Assembly (NCBI GenBank): GCA_013265495.1
Contig: MU057801.1
Location: 558,001 to 622,000, forward strand
Length of the DNA: 64,000 nucleotides
Direction of reading: 5' to 3'
Source: Vicugna vicugna
Lineage: Eukaryota
Shown: positions 1 to 12,200 of the stretch, in pieces
How positions within the stretch are numbered: the first letter of the stretch is position 1
Layout of the letters: each line of letters opens with the position of its first letter
The notes under the pieces: generated by a model
Databases searched by the model: none
The model's input: the letters and a program-made list of their open reading frames with translations, nothing else
What the model was told of the DNA's origin: nothing
Position numbers and translations under genes: made by a program

Positions 1-419
1 TATTCTGATGATTATCATTATCTTTTAAATTATTATTTGTTTTAATTTTCAGCAACGGCAGCCGCCGCAGGGCAGTCTGAAAGGGGCTTGCTCTTTGCAG
101 GCAGACAGGCCTGCACTTGAATTCCAGCCCCTACCCCGCCCCGCCCCGCCCAGCCCCACCGCCTTCTGTGTGCAGCGCGGATACTGACATCTGCTCTCAG
201 AGCTGCGGGGAGGCTGGATGGAATCACGTAAAGAAGCACCGACCCAGGTTCCAGCACGCAGGAGAAGCACGAAACGTGGACTGCCTGCACCTCCCACCCC
301 TCAAGGTGGGCTTATGGTTTTGTCTTCCAGAAAGAATGTGGTGGATAAACCAGGGGAACCCCTGGCCAGGCTTTTGGTGGGCTTTACATTAGACCCTCAG
401 GAACTGGGGCAAGTCCCAT

Positions 420-530
420 GGTCTCCGTGTTGCTGATCAGGAAATGGAAGCTCAAAGAATTCAAGTGATTTTCTGGAGTCACAGTTACTCAGGGGTGCAA
501 TTGGGACTAGAACCCCCATCTTCTCACCTT
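420..530 (-). mobile_element. MIR SINE fragment
   Basis: gaaatggaagctcaaagaattcaagtgattttctggagtcacagttact...gggactagaaccc resembles the MIR core in reverse orientation. Confidence 0.55.
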
Positions 531-1430
531 TACTGCTTTCAACTAATATCTTCAATTCTAAAACACATGGGGTTAAGCTCCAGATCTTTTTCAAGGATGG
601 GAGTTAAACTCCAAATGAGAGTAAATCAACTGACTTAAATATGCATGGGTATATAAATCAACCTATAACCGAAACTTGAGTGTACAGGTTTAAGCTGCAT
701 TGATACCCACAGACCACGCTGCCTTTATAAATTCATAAAATAACAGTCATGGCATTCTTTTTACTTATTCAGGCTCTTTCTTGGAACAACTCCTATTTTG
801 AAATAACTCCATTTATTTTTTTAAGTCATGGAAAAAAGAGAACTGTTTAAAAGATGCTCTATTACAGACTGAACTTTTATCAACCCTTGAAGCCCTTCTT
901 GCCTGGACCATCTCCATATTCCTCAGAGTAGACACCATACTCAACTCACACCAACAAAATGGCCTTGGAGGAGGTGGCCTCCTGATGCCTACCAATAAAT
1001 GCAACCACCCAGTGGAATACTATACAGCACTGAAAAACACAGGTTTGTGTATTAGATGAATGAAACTCAAAACATGTTCAATGAAAAAAAGCAAGTGACT
1101 GAAGGGCAAAGTGAAACTGCTGAGGGACACACGTGCAGTGAGGCTGTCACCAGGGTGATCTGGGTGGGGCAGGAGGTGGCACACGGTAGGGTCTCAAATA
1201 CACTAGTTGGTACCCACAGCAAGGTAAATGTCATATGTTTTCTTGTAGGTGTGAAATATTTCATAGTGAAAAAGCGCCCCTGGAGAGAACAGAGTATGGA
1301 CTAATCCGATGATCTTGTCTCACCCACTGGGAGGGCAGGGCGAGTTTCCCTGCGCCGAAGGGGGACGTACAAGGTGAAAGGTTGGCTGTTAAGGGTAACG
1401 ATGCTGGAACAGTCCATTTGATTCAGACAT

Positions 1431-1475
1431 AGGAAAACCCAGAAATAGGCCAAGGAAAACCCAGAAATAGGCCAA
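1431..1475. repeat. Perfect 22-bp tandem duplication (aggaaaacccagaaataggcca x2)
   Basis: Directly visible at 1431-1452 and 1453-1474. Confidence 0.95.
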
Positions 1476-2734
1476 AACATTAGGGCTCAAATTTTTCAGA
1501 ACGTCGTGGAGAATCTGACAGATGGGATTTAAAGAGCTCAAACAGCAACACCGTCCCCGGGGCTGCGGGAACCGCCCCAGAAGGAGCACATCTTTCTACA
1601 GAGACCCTCTGCTAGAAACGCTGGGCACCAGGAATGACAAAACGGGCTGAGCTGGAGAACGCTCAGTGTCCTCCACAGACCTGCCTGGACATGACCTCAC
1701 TCTCCTCAGGAAACGTGATCTTGAGTGGCTCGGCCATTTTCAGAAAGCAAGTCCCCCTCCGCTCAAGAGCCACGTCCGGCGCACGCGGGCCTGGGGACAG
1801 CGAGCCGCCCTCGCCCAGCCTGTGTCCCCGGAGTAGGGACAACTGTGCTCACGCCGGCGCCAGGCAGCTCACAGGGACAAGAAGGGAGGCTCTGTGCAGA
1901 GGTGCAGGGAAGAGGCTAACCAATGGGGCTCTGAGGGGGTAGGAGCATTTCCTGCCCAGAGAAGCCTGAGCTGGAAGGAGGAGGAGGAGGAGACTGGAGC
2001 CCCAGGGACAGCAGGAGGGGCAGGGGCGCAGGGCTGTCTGGAGCTGGGTCACCGGAGGCCTGGATAGTTTGAGGTAAGGGCGAAACACGCTTCTAGATCG
2101 CCCTGAGAAGGTCCGCCAGCGCTCAGGGGAGTCCAGGGCGCCCCCGGGTGTGAAGAGTCCAGGCCGCCCTATGTCTCTGTATTCAGTCAACGAGCTTGGA
2201 CAAACGCCTTAATATTTTATACTTCTGCTTTGCCAGTTTCAGAAGTGAATGGCACGTATATTTCGGGCAAGTGGAAAAGGTGGGAAGTTCCTTGCAGTTG
2301 TGACATGACCGGAAACTCCGTGAATGGTCTAGACAGAGAACGGGCTGGCTGGTCCCCCCACTTGGAGGGAAGAGGAGATGGAGTAGAGGTGGGGGCGGGG
2401 GGCAGAAGAGATGGAGAAAAGAAGGCGGACACTCCTCACGCAGGGACAGGTCCTGGGCTTGCAGAAGCCTGGTGACAAGGAGGCCACTTAGGACAGCGGT
2501 GGATGGAGGAACGCTACGTCCACAGACAAAGGTTAATCCTCGTAAGAAGCCGAGTCAACGGTGGCCGACCTGAGCTCTGAGAAGGACTGGCTAAGACCAC
2601 TCCCTAAAGCCGGGGAACGAGTGTGCTGATTCTTCTGTTGGTCCTGCTACCAGGAACTTCTGAAGCAGAGGATGCAGAGGATGACGACAGTGCATTTTCA
2701 CGTCTTGGGTGGTGTTTCGAACATTGATCAAAGG

Positions 2735-3745
2735 ATAAGGCTTTACAATGTTTCCTGGTCTGAGATACGACACCAAAAGCACAGGCCACCAAAGTAAAAA
2801 AATAGGAAAATTAGGCTTCATCAAAGTAAAAAGCTTTTGTGCTTCAAAGGGCTCTGTCAAGAAAGTGAACACACAGCCCACAGCGTGAGGGACAGCATCT
2901 GCACGCTGCTCCTCTGGTAAGGGTCGCACATTCAGAGAACACGACGACGCTTGTAACTCAGTAACCAAAAGACGACACAAGTAAAGTATGGGTGACGAGC
3001 CGACAGACGTTTCTCCAAAGAAGAGAGACACACGGCCGACAAGCACACGGACGGACGCTCAGCCTCTCGAGCCACCAGGGCAGTGGACGCCAAGCCACAG
3101 AGGGAGGCCCCTCACACCTGCCAGGACAGTCACGATCAAGAAGACGAGGGTGACCAGCAGCAGGCGGTGGCGGGGCGCAGGGAGACCGGTGAGAACCTGA
3201 AATGGTGCAGCCGCAGTAGCAAACTGTTGGGCAGCTTCCCCAAACGCCAGACACACGAGCCAGCAAATCTACTCCTGCGTATAAGCAAGAGAACCGAAAA
3301 CACACGTTCACACTGAAACGTCCACACGAACGTTCACAGCAGCATCTTGCACAAATGGCCCCGAAGTGGAAACAGCCCGTGTCCAGAAACCGATGGCTGG
3401 ATAAACAAAGTGTGCTTTATCCAAACGACAGAAAATTGTTCATATGTTCACAAAAAAAAACAAATAAAATACATGCTACAAGGTGGGTGAATCTTGAGAA
3501 CTACGCTACGTGGAAGAAGCCACACACTGTGGGAACCCATTTATAAAAAGTCCAGAATAAGAAAATACACAGACAGAGGAAATCAGTGACTGCCAGGGAC
3601 TGGGGGGAGGGGCTGAGGAGCGACTACCAACGGGTGTGGGATCTCTTGGGGGAGAATGTTCTGGAACTGGGCAGCGGTAATGGCAGCACAATCTGGCGAC
3701 TACACTGAAAACCACTGCATTATACGGTATGTGAATTATCCCTCA
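2735..3745 (+). mobile_element. Old L1 (L1M/L1MB-like) fragment, ORF2 3' end plus 3' UTR
   Basis: Contains ttcatcaaagtaaaaagcttttgtgcttcaaa, aagtggaaacagcccgtgtcca, tggctggataaacaaagtgtg and the 3' UTR text tgttctggaactgg...tatggtatgtgaatta-like. Confidence 0.85.
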
Positions 3746-3881
3746 GTGGAAACTGTCCCCCTGCGAAGGCCTGTGAGTACGTGGTGCACGCTGTGTATCG
3801 TGGGGGCGGTCTCCTAACAAAACGGTCCTCCCTGACCACACTCCAGGCCAAACGGAAAGGTGGCCTGGCAGAGCGCGGAGC

Positions 3882-3965
3882 CCCGGAACACGTGTTCACG
3901 GAAGAGCCTGGAATCACGTGTTCATAGAAGGTCCCTGGATCACGTGTTCTTGGGAGATCCCTGGA
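3882..3965. repeat. Degenerate 26-bp minisatellite, about 3 copies, each containing CACGTGTTC
   Basis: CACGTG at 3889, 3915 and 3941, an exact 26-nt period. Unit approximately cctggaatcacgtgttcatagaaggt. Confidence 0.85.
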
Positions 3966-3974
3966 GAGGAGCAG

Positions 3975-4330
3975 TCCGTGTGCCAGGGGTCCTTCTAGCG
4001 CAGGAGGGGCCAGGATCTAAAAGGGATACTGTTGTCCCTCACAGGATCCACAACCTACCTGGAAAGACAGACACAAAGTCACCACCTGGCGGGGGGAGGC
4101 ACCTACACAAGTCAGAGGGACCCAGAGGGCACAGCGGTTCCCTGCAGGTCAGGCCGTGAGGTGCTGGTCACGCGGGGGTGGAGGGAGCACCGTGGTGGCC
4201 GGCACCCGGGAACCTCTGGAGGTGCTGAAACAGAAACCAGCAAGGTCAAGTCTGCCTTTGAGGGATGATGGGGGGGGGGGCGGACATGTGTGGAAGGATG
4301 TAGAAGGGAGAGAGGCTAGAGGAAGGAGAA
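3975..4330 (-). mobile_element. L2 LINE fragment
   Basis: gtgtgccaggggtccttctagcgc...tgtccctcacaggatccacaacctacctggaaagacagaca resembles the reverse L2 3' region. Confidence 0.5.
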
Positions 4331-6934
4331 CTAGTCAGAGAGAGGACACGGGCCTCAAGAGAGCAGTGCTGGAGGGAAGAGATGCTCACTCTTGCTGACA
4401 GAGGAGCGGGTGGGAGGAGACGCCGAGACTCCACTCCAGGAAGGATCCTGGCCCAGGTGGCAGGTGGGCAGGTGCAGAGGACCAGGAAGGCAAGGCCGGG
4501 GCCCAGCAGGCGTCAGGGGAGCAAAGCCAGGCATGAGAGGTCTGGGCTGGAGACGACGTCGCTGAGTCACCGGCTTGGAGCCGATCCCGGAGGAGCCGGG
4601 GAGGATGCACGCTGGGAACCCCCTCCTTCCAGAAGCCAGAGAGCAGGGGAGGGCTGCAGGGGCGGGAGAGAGCAGGTCACAGAGCCCTGGGGGAGTGGTG
4701 ATTCTGCTGGGAGGAGCCCCTGCTCAGGGCTCAGGGCTGCCTCCTACACCTCCTCCCTGGTGCCTGCCACCCACGGGAGGAGTACTCCATAGGTGGGCGG
4801 GGCTGGCATTTCATAATCCCTAACAAATGGACGAAATTCCATGATAATCAAGGTGGGAACACATGCCAGTTTCAGCCAAAAGCCATACATCATTTTTACC
4901 AAGATTTTGTTTGTCTTTCAAATATAATGCAAATTTAAACTCTAGGATGGTTTAAGACCCCAAATAAATGAATCATTCAAAGTAAATGTCACAGCCTGGA
5001 AACGGATAAAGAGGACGACTTCACTGAACAATGTAACCAAAGAGAGTGGATGCTTGGGGAAAGGAAATGACACACGTGAGATATTAGATTAGGTTTCAGC
5101 CCCTAATGGTACACTCCTGGAGAGGAAGCAGGGCACCACTGAGAAGAAAGGAGAAAAGACCCATTTAACCAAGTTTAAGAATAATTCTGAGGAAATGATC
5201 AGAGTAAATGGGAATAGGGAAAAAAATGGATTTTCTTCAGGCAATTAAATTACAGACTTTTGCCCAAGGACGCTGTCGCAGGCGCAGGGCACAGAGGGTC
5301 TTGCCTTAGAGCCCAAGACGCTCCAAGGGTGCAAAAGGTCCCGATCTATGGTTTTATTAGAAATGTTGAAATTCGCTCTGCGCGGGGGATCGATGTGTGA
5401 AGGAGCGCGCCCTTAATCACGGCGTGTTCCATCTCCATCCTCCCAGCCGCCCCAACTTACCTTCCATACATCACCAGGTGAGAGAGGGGCCCCGACACCG
5501 TCACACCAAGCCCCCATCAGCAGAAGCCTAAGTGACAAGATAATCAGGCGTTCGGCCTTGTTCGCATTCAGAGGACCCGCTGTCCAACGAGCGGGCAGAG
5601 TCCACCAGCTGCCTTGCTGATGAAAAGGACCCAAGAAGCGGCGGACCGACACGGACCGTGCAAGCTGGCCAGGTTGATGCCAACAACCTGGTTTCTGGGA
5701 GGAAGGGGGTCAGGGTCACCCGAACTGTTTCTCTTCCACAGATTTTCGTTTAGCCCACAGATACGTTAGGAGCTAAAAAACGTACTCTGAAAAAAAATGT
5801 CCTGACAGCTTCAGTTATAGGAGCGACGGTAGCTGACAATTTGTTGGCCTTTAACATCCACGAAGTTAACGGTTAAACAGAAAACAGTTAGAAATGAGGA
5901 ACTGTCTCTAAATGGCTTGACTTCTCTTTGTGGCAAGGTGTGAAAAGACAGACAATGAAATAGCAGTACTCATGGATTTTACACCCTAACTTAACATCTA
6001 ACTCACCCCTGACTGTAAGAGGCAAGATGCTACTCACAGACAACATAGTTTGGATGGGACCAGCCAGTACTCAGCCCTCAGCCACTCTCACTCTGGAGAG
6101 AAAGCCAACGCATGCGACCTGTGGGCTGGGTTACATCTAGGTTGATTCTAAAGACAAAACAGATCCAGGATGACAGTTGACGGACCAGAGAACGAGACTG
6201 GCAGGAGCAAAAAGACCCTTCTCTGGCAGGTGCTCTGGTCATAATTTTCTTGAAATGTTCCCAGCTGTTGCCGGTCACCAGCCCACACTGGGCCCAGGTG
6301 AGGTCAGACTGGGCTCCGGCAGCATTAACTTCCACAGCCTGACGTGTGTGCACCGGGCTCTGTACAGATCCTCTAGAGTTCTCATTTCCAAAAACAATGT
6401 TAGGGAAATACTCCTTTCAATGACATTTTAAAAGCTTGAGCTGTGTTTACAAACAATAAAGAAGAGTATATCTGAAAACAGAAAGTAGTTATTTCTGTAT
6501 TTCTACAATGATAGTTCGGTGGCATCTGAATTTTCCAGGAAGATTTCATCTTAGCATCAGGTTACCAGAGGACAAGGAGACAACGCCAAGAAAAGTTAGG
6601 GGTTTACCGAATGCGGCAAGCGGTTCCTGTGGAAGGGGCCACGCGGCCCCTGCGGCCATCCAGACCCTGTTCTGGTGGGAAAAACGGCATCACTCACAGC
6701 ACACCTGAGGGAGGGCTGCTGCCGCGGGCCCGCGCCTGAAACTCAACACTGCCGATGGTCGGTCAGAGCAAAGATGCCGCCACGGCTAGAGGAGCCGAAC
6801 TGGAAATTTGGGGGAATTCTAATAAAACAAAGCTCCGTGATCGGAGGGAGCAAAACTAGGTCTGCCACTCCGTATTAGAGCCACTGATCTCGGGCGATTA
6901 CAGCCTGTACGCCTGGCAAAAGCCGAGATTCGGG

Positions 6935-7090
6935 GATTGTACCAATGTCAATTTCCCGGCTTTGTTTTAGTTATTAAGATGCTATCACTGGAAGCCATTG
7001 GGTGGAGAGTAGATGGGACCCTCTGCACTTCTTTTTGAACTGACTGTGAATCTATAATTATCTCAAAATAAAATAGTAATAATAATAAAA
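6935..7090 (+). mobile_element. Old L1 (L1MC-like) 3' end
   Basis: accaatgtcaatttcc...gggaccctctgcacttctttttgaactgactgtgaatctataattatctcaaaataaaa followed by an A-rich tail. Confidence 0.7.
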
Positions 7091-9065
7091 GAGTGTACGG
7101 TGCCAACGGCTTATGCAGCCCCCTTGAGTGGACACAGGGCCCTGGGGTGAGGCGGGGCAGAAGAGCTGCTCCGTCTGTGGGCACAGCCAGGTCTGTCAAC
7201 AGACACGGCCCCCTCGCAGACCACGACGGCCAGAGAAGCCCGGAGAACGCCAGCCTCACTCGTGCTGTGGCCGGGAAAGGGCTTTTGAGCAGCTTGGGGG
7301 CAGAAAGCACCTCATTTACTTTTTCACGTCTGTCTCAGCACTTGGCTCAGTGTTAGGCAAAACCAAAGCGATGATCAGGCAGCACGCAAAAGTCCCTCAC
7401 GCAGCGCGGTGGGAGAGTTTTCTGCTTTGCTTTCAAGGTTGGCCGCAGAATGCCCGGGGCTGCTGGAGCGACTCTGATTCGGAGACTCACTGTGGGGTCC
7501 CGCCACCCCTGCTCATCTTAGTTCTGGGGTCTGCCGAGACGAACGTGTAGCCACACATTTCTATTGAAGACAACGTGTCTTGAGGAAGGTCCGGCTGCCT
7601 GAGCGGCCAAGGGGCTGTCTTCGCAGTGCCTTCCAACAGAAGGAGGAGAGAAACGGCGTGTCCCCGCCAGGCCCGGGGAAGGCGCTGGGCCGGGGACCCC
7701 GCCAGGTGGGGACGGGAACGCCCTCCGAGGACGCAGCGTGTTCTTGGGACAAGGGGCAACCCTCGGGGTCAGAGGCCTTTTCGCGAGCGCCCCCGGAGGG
7801 GAAAGCCCCCGCTGACAGCCCGGCGGGAGAGGTGCGCGTTGGCGGCACAGAATTCAGAGGGCCGCCTGCGTGTGAGCCCGCCCGAGGCTAGGCTCTGTTT
7901 AGGCGGTGAGACCGACTAAGACGATCGGCGTTTCGCAGGGTCGGGGCCTCTCAGAGGCTGGACCCACCTCACATGTGCTTCCAAGCCCGCGCGCGGTCTG
8001 CACTGCTTCTGTCTTTTTATGGAGGAGCAGACAGGAGAGCGGGCGGCAAGGTGTTTGGTTCCAGGCCCAAGATGTCACCCTGAGGCCCGGGACCCGCACC
8101 CCAGCAGCCTGGCTCAGGGCCCAGCTCCCAGCCACCGCCCAGCCTCCGACCTTGGGCTCCCCGGTGCAGAGAGGACCGGCAGCCGCTCCAACAGAAGGCC
8201 CAGTGCCCCCGCTCGCAGGCGTTTTCACAGAAACCTTGGGGACAACACACTCAACTCCTGCACTGCATTTCAGCAGGTCCCTCTGGGTGTCTAGAAATCT
8301 CCCACTTTTACGGGTAATGTAGGAGGAAGTAAAGAAGCGAGGCTGTCCCGGGAGGAGCAAAGATCAGAGCTAGAAAGCTCTCACCATAGCACACTCTCTG
8401 AGAAGAAACTGTCCAGGGGAGAGACGATGGCGCTCACAGCCGACCTCCTGCGCTCGCACGGGCTGGGACTGCTCTCCTGGGTACTTGAAATGAAAACCGC
8501 CTGCTTCTGTACTTTGCTCGCAAAATTCCCTGTCAGAGATTCCGTTCATTCTGACGAAAATACATTTGCCACACACACAGACATGGCCCCAGAATGCCAT
8601 TAAAACGGAACTCCCAGCTCGCGCGATTCCCTGGGACTTTCCGCGTTTGAGCCTCATAGAGTCACTCGATACCATCTTGGTGACTTAAAATATAACTGCA
8701 GCATTACTTAAAAGTATAATCACATCGTTCTCTTGCAAATTAAGACACTTATTCTTGGAAAAATTGCGAAATTGCATTAGGTGTGTCTGTTCTTGATGGA
8801 TCAAAAGCAACTCCATTAAGTCAGCAGTTTTACATGAATGGCATGAGACGTGGCCCAGATGAGGAAAATGTCCTTTGAAGCCAGTCTGCACTTTATTTAA
8901 AGAGAGGTGGAGCTGTTCCTCACAATTCAAACGTGAAGTAGAATTGTATTGCGCAGGTCCCCAGACCAGGAGGCCAATATGATCCTGGTGAGGTAGCTCA
9001 TCCACAGCAGAGAGCCCAGGTTAGTCTGCCCTCAGGTCCTTATTTCTTCCAGTTGCAGTGCCTGC

Positions 9066-9208
9066 CACCCACCCATCCATCCATCCACCCATCCACACAT
9101 CCATCCATCCATCCATCCATCCATCCATCCACCTACCCATCCAAACCATCCATCCTTCTGACCATCCATCTATCCATCCACACATCCATCCATCCATCCA
9201 TCCATCTG
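9066..9208. repeat. (CATC)n / (TCCA)n microsatellite
   Basis: About 35 imperfect CATC units, directly visible. Confidence 0.95.
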
Positions 9209-12200
9209 CTATTTACCGAGTGCCTCCTATGTATCTGTTATTCTTCCTTCAGATGTAAGAAAAGTGTTTCCTTGCTCCTCAACTCTCTTCTAAGTCTTGG
9301 CTTCCAACAATACTCAAGCACCATACTGAGTGCCCCAGTGTTCCGGGAGGGTGGAGTCTAAAACACACTGTGGTGAAATTACACCATAGCCCGCCTGAGT
9401 TCTGCTGGGATGACAGCTCTCTGCGAATAAAAGACGCAACTGTTATGTAATAAGTAAGAGCAATCCCCCAGCGCTGGTATCATGCTCTGCCCTTTTCTAG
9501 CCATGAACCCGCTGGATCCCCCTGGAAGCCTCTGTCCACAGAAGACGAGGCAGAGATAGAGCAGAAATGACTCTTCTGAGACCATCCAGCTAGTAGTGAG
9601 CATGGCTGGAACTCCAGCCCGGGCCAGCGTGCTCCCAGTGCTGGCCTCTGCTCCCCTCTTACGCGGTCTTGGTTGAGTATGAATATTACTGAAGAGCTTG
9701 CGATGTTTGTGCTGAGGTGATTCACGGCCACTGCTGTTTGGTGCGGCCAGGAAGGTGAGAGGAGACAAATTAAGTCTTTCTCTCTCCCTCCAGAACCAAA
9801 TAATCTGGCAATTTTCATAGCTAACCTGGCATAAGTGGTGACTTCCCAGCTGAATGTGTAACTGACTTAAGAAGCAGAATGTAGAGTAATAAACTATATT
9901 AATTCAATCTCTTCATTTATGTGCCAGAGGTTGGGAAATTTAAATGAGCTCATTTAAGCAAAACTGATTTTATGGCGCTTATTTCAGGTCCCATTTTGAA
10001 GACAATCAGTGCAGAATTCTAAGGTTTTATTAACTATTTCTAATGGACAGTTTCCAGGACAGAATGGCTGAGCACTGTCAGGTCGGGATGATGGGTTCAG
10101 GACATGCTTCAACACTGGACCCGGCAGAGCTGGCCCCTGGGAGACGTACTTGGTTTTGGCTTCTACACTGAAACACTGAGCGGCAGTGAGGATGGACTAT
10201 TATTCGTCAACTGCTATCTTCCAAGGATGATGGAGCTTCTTGGCAAATCCTTATTTCTAACTATGTGCCACGTGGTGCCATTCAGAAACACTGAAGGGGG
10301 TAAAATCACCTGTGCAATGGCTCTGAGCAAGAGACAGACTCACAACAGGCCAGCGTCCCCACGCCGCAGAGGACCGCAGGGTCCAGGGACGCCGGCGTGG
10401 ATGCAGCTGGGCCGAGCTGACCTGTAACTAGCCACAAACCGTATTCAGATCACTGGAATTGTATCTCTTTTGCAAAAAGCACTTAGGGAAATTCTAAGGG
10501 CCGGGAGAAAGTGGACTTGCTGCCCGAGGGCTGGGACGCAGGTCAGAACTGAGCAGGGGAGCCAGTTTCGGCCCCGTGACCGTCTGACTGCTCTAGAAGG
10601 AAACACCTGGCCTGTTTTCTACAGAGACGGGCCCTGAACCTGTTCACAAGTGACCGCCAGGGCTCGCCTTTGGTGACAGAAATTACTGCTTGATGTCATG
10701 GCCCAGAGGATCATGTGGGGGAAAGGTCAGAACCACTCCCATGCCCCCTGACCTCTGTGACCCTAATAATCTTATTAAAGGCGAGCAGTGTCACCAACAA
10801 GCTTTACTTCTGAGCTTCTCCGAGGACAAGCTAAAAGCGCCACCCCCAGCCCCCGACCTGGACCCATGAAGCACTCAGTGACGCCACCTACTTCCCTGGA
10901 CGAGGGAGAATTAAAAACAAAGGCCACAGCGTCTCCTCTGACGGCAGTGCTGTGAAGCTGGTGACTTCAGGGAGACCAGCTGACTAGCTCGGTGCTGGGA
11001 AGACAGACCCTGCCACGTTGTGGGTGCGTGGCGGCTGAGGCATTGGCTCATTTGGAGTGATTTATCTTGAAAAATTCTGATCTCTCTCCAAACTGCTTTG
11101 TCTCTGGGTTTTGTTGTTTTGTTCTGTTTTTTTTTTAAAACCAGCTGGCCTCCTTTCCGCCATGGAGAACCGTGATCACTGTTAGATGCATGAATTTCTA
11201 AACCGTCGACCTCAGGGATGCCCATGTGGAAGGGCTCTCTCTGCTAGCCTCTGTCCGGGCAGACCCTTGGCTCTGGCCTTTGGGAGGGAGGCCCACACCT
11301 GGCTGGCCGCTGGGCCCCAGCCTCTCCTGGGTGAGTCCCACCCGCGCTACGAAGCCTGCGTTTTAAGAAAGATCTTTCAGATTTAGTGACAATGCATTCA
11401 GCCAGCTCCACTCCACGCCACAAACACAAACATTTCTATCCATCCATCCACCCACCCAACCACAAGCCCAGATTATTCCCAATAATTATTGGAAACACCT
11501 ATGGAAGATAATGCGATCCTCACTGTTGAGATGAAGAAACTGAGTTCTCTAAGTTAACTGTTGGTGAACATTGGTAATTTCATGGTTCAACGTAGTAATC
11601 TGGCCAGAACCAGAGAGGGGGCACTGCATTCCGCCCACAGAGCATCTGAACGAGATGGAGGAAACTGGGAGAGGGACCTCAGCCCGCCCGGGTGGGGCGC
11701 TGGGGGAGGCGGGGCCGGGCATGGGAGACCACGTCCGGAAGCTGCTCATCCGTGAAAATCAGGGATAGGCTCTTTGATGTGAGTAATAAACACAAATTCA
11801 GTTTAGAAACAGCACACTTCTGAAAAACTGCACCGCCAACAGTTTGACTCATGTCACAAGATGGAAATATTTCTCTGATGAATTCTAAACATTCACACAC
11901 ACGTACACTCAGCTCATTTAAAGCAAGCTCTTCATGATTAATCTCATAATTAACGTGTTCTCCCTTAAGTCTGAGGTCGTGTATCGTGCACCCAAGGGAC
12001 TACAGCGACAAGGTCGCCTGGTAGGGTACCTGGTCAGGATGTGTTCTTGAGAAGGCAGACAGTGTCCGCACAGCACGAGGGCTGGACCCTCTGCGTCAAA
12101 GCATCACCCAGAAGAGCTCAAACAGTTTGGAAAAGCAGTCTGCGGTGACGCGACTCTGAAACGTCTCAAAACAGAATGGAGATCAATGAAGAAACACAAC

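Noticed and set aside
128..160. GC-box cluster ccccgccccgccccgccc suggesting a promoter or G-quadruplex
   Set aside because: Short, with no extended CpG island and no associated first exon visible.
3882..3965. CRISPR-like periodic repeat
   Set aside because: Head-to-tail degenerate units without unique spacers, no cas genes and a mammalian context.
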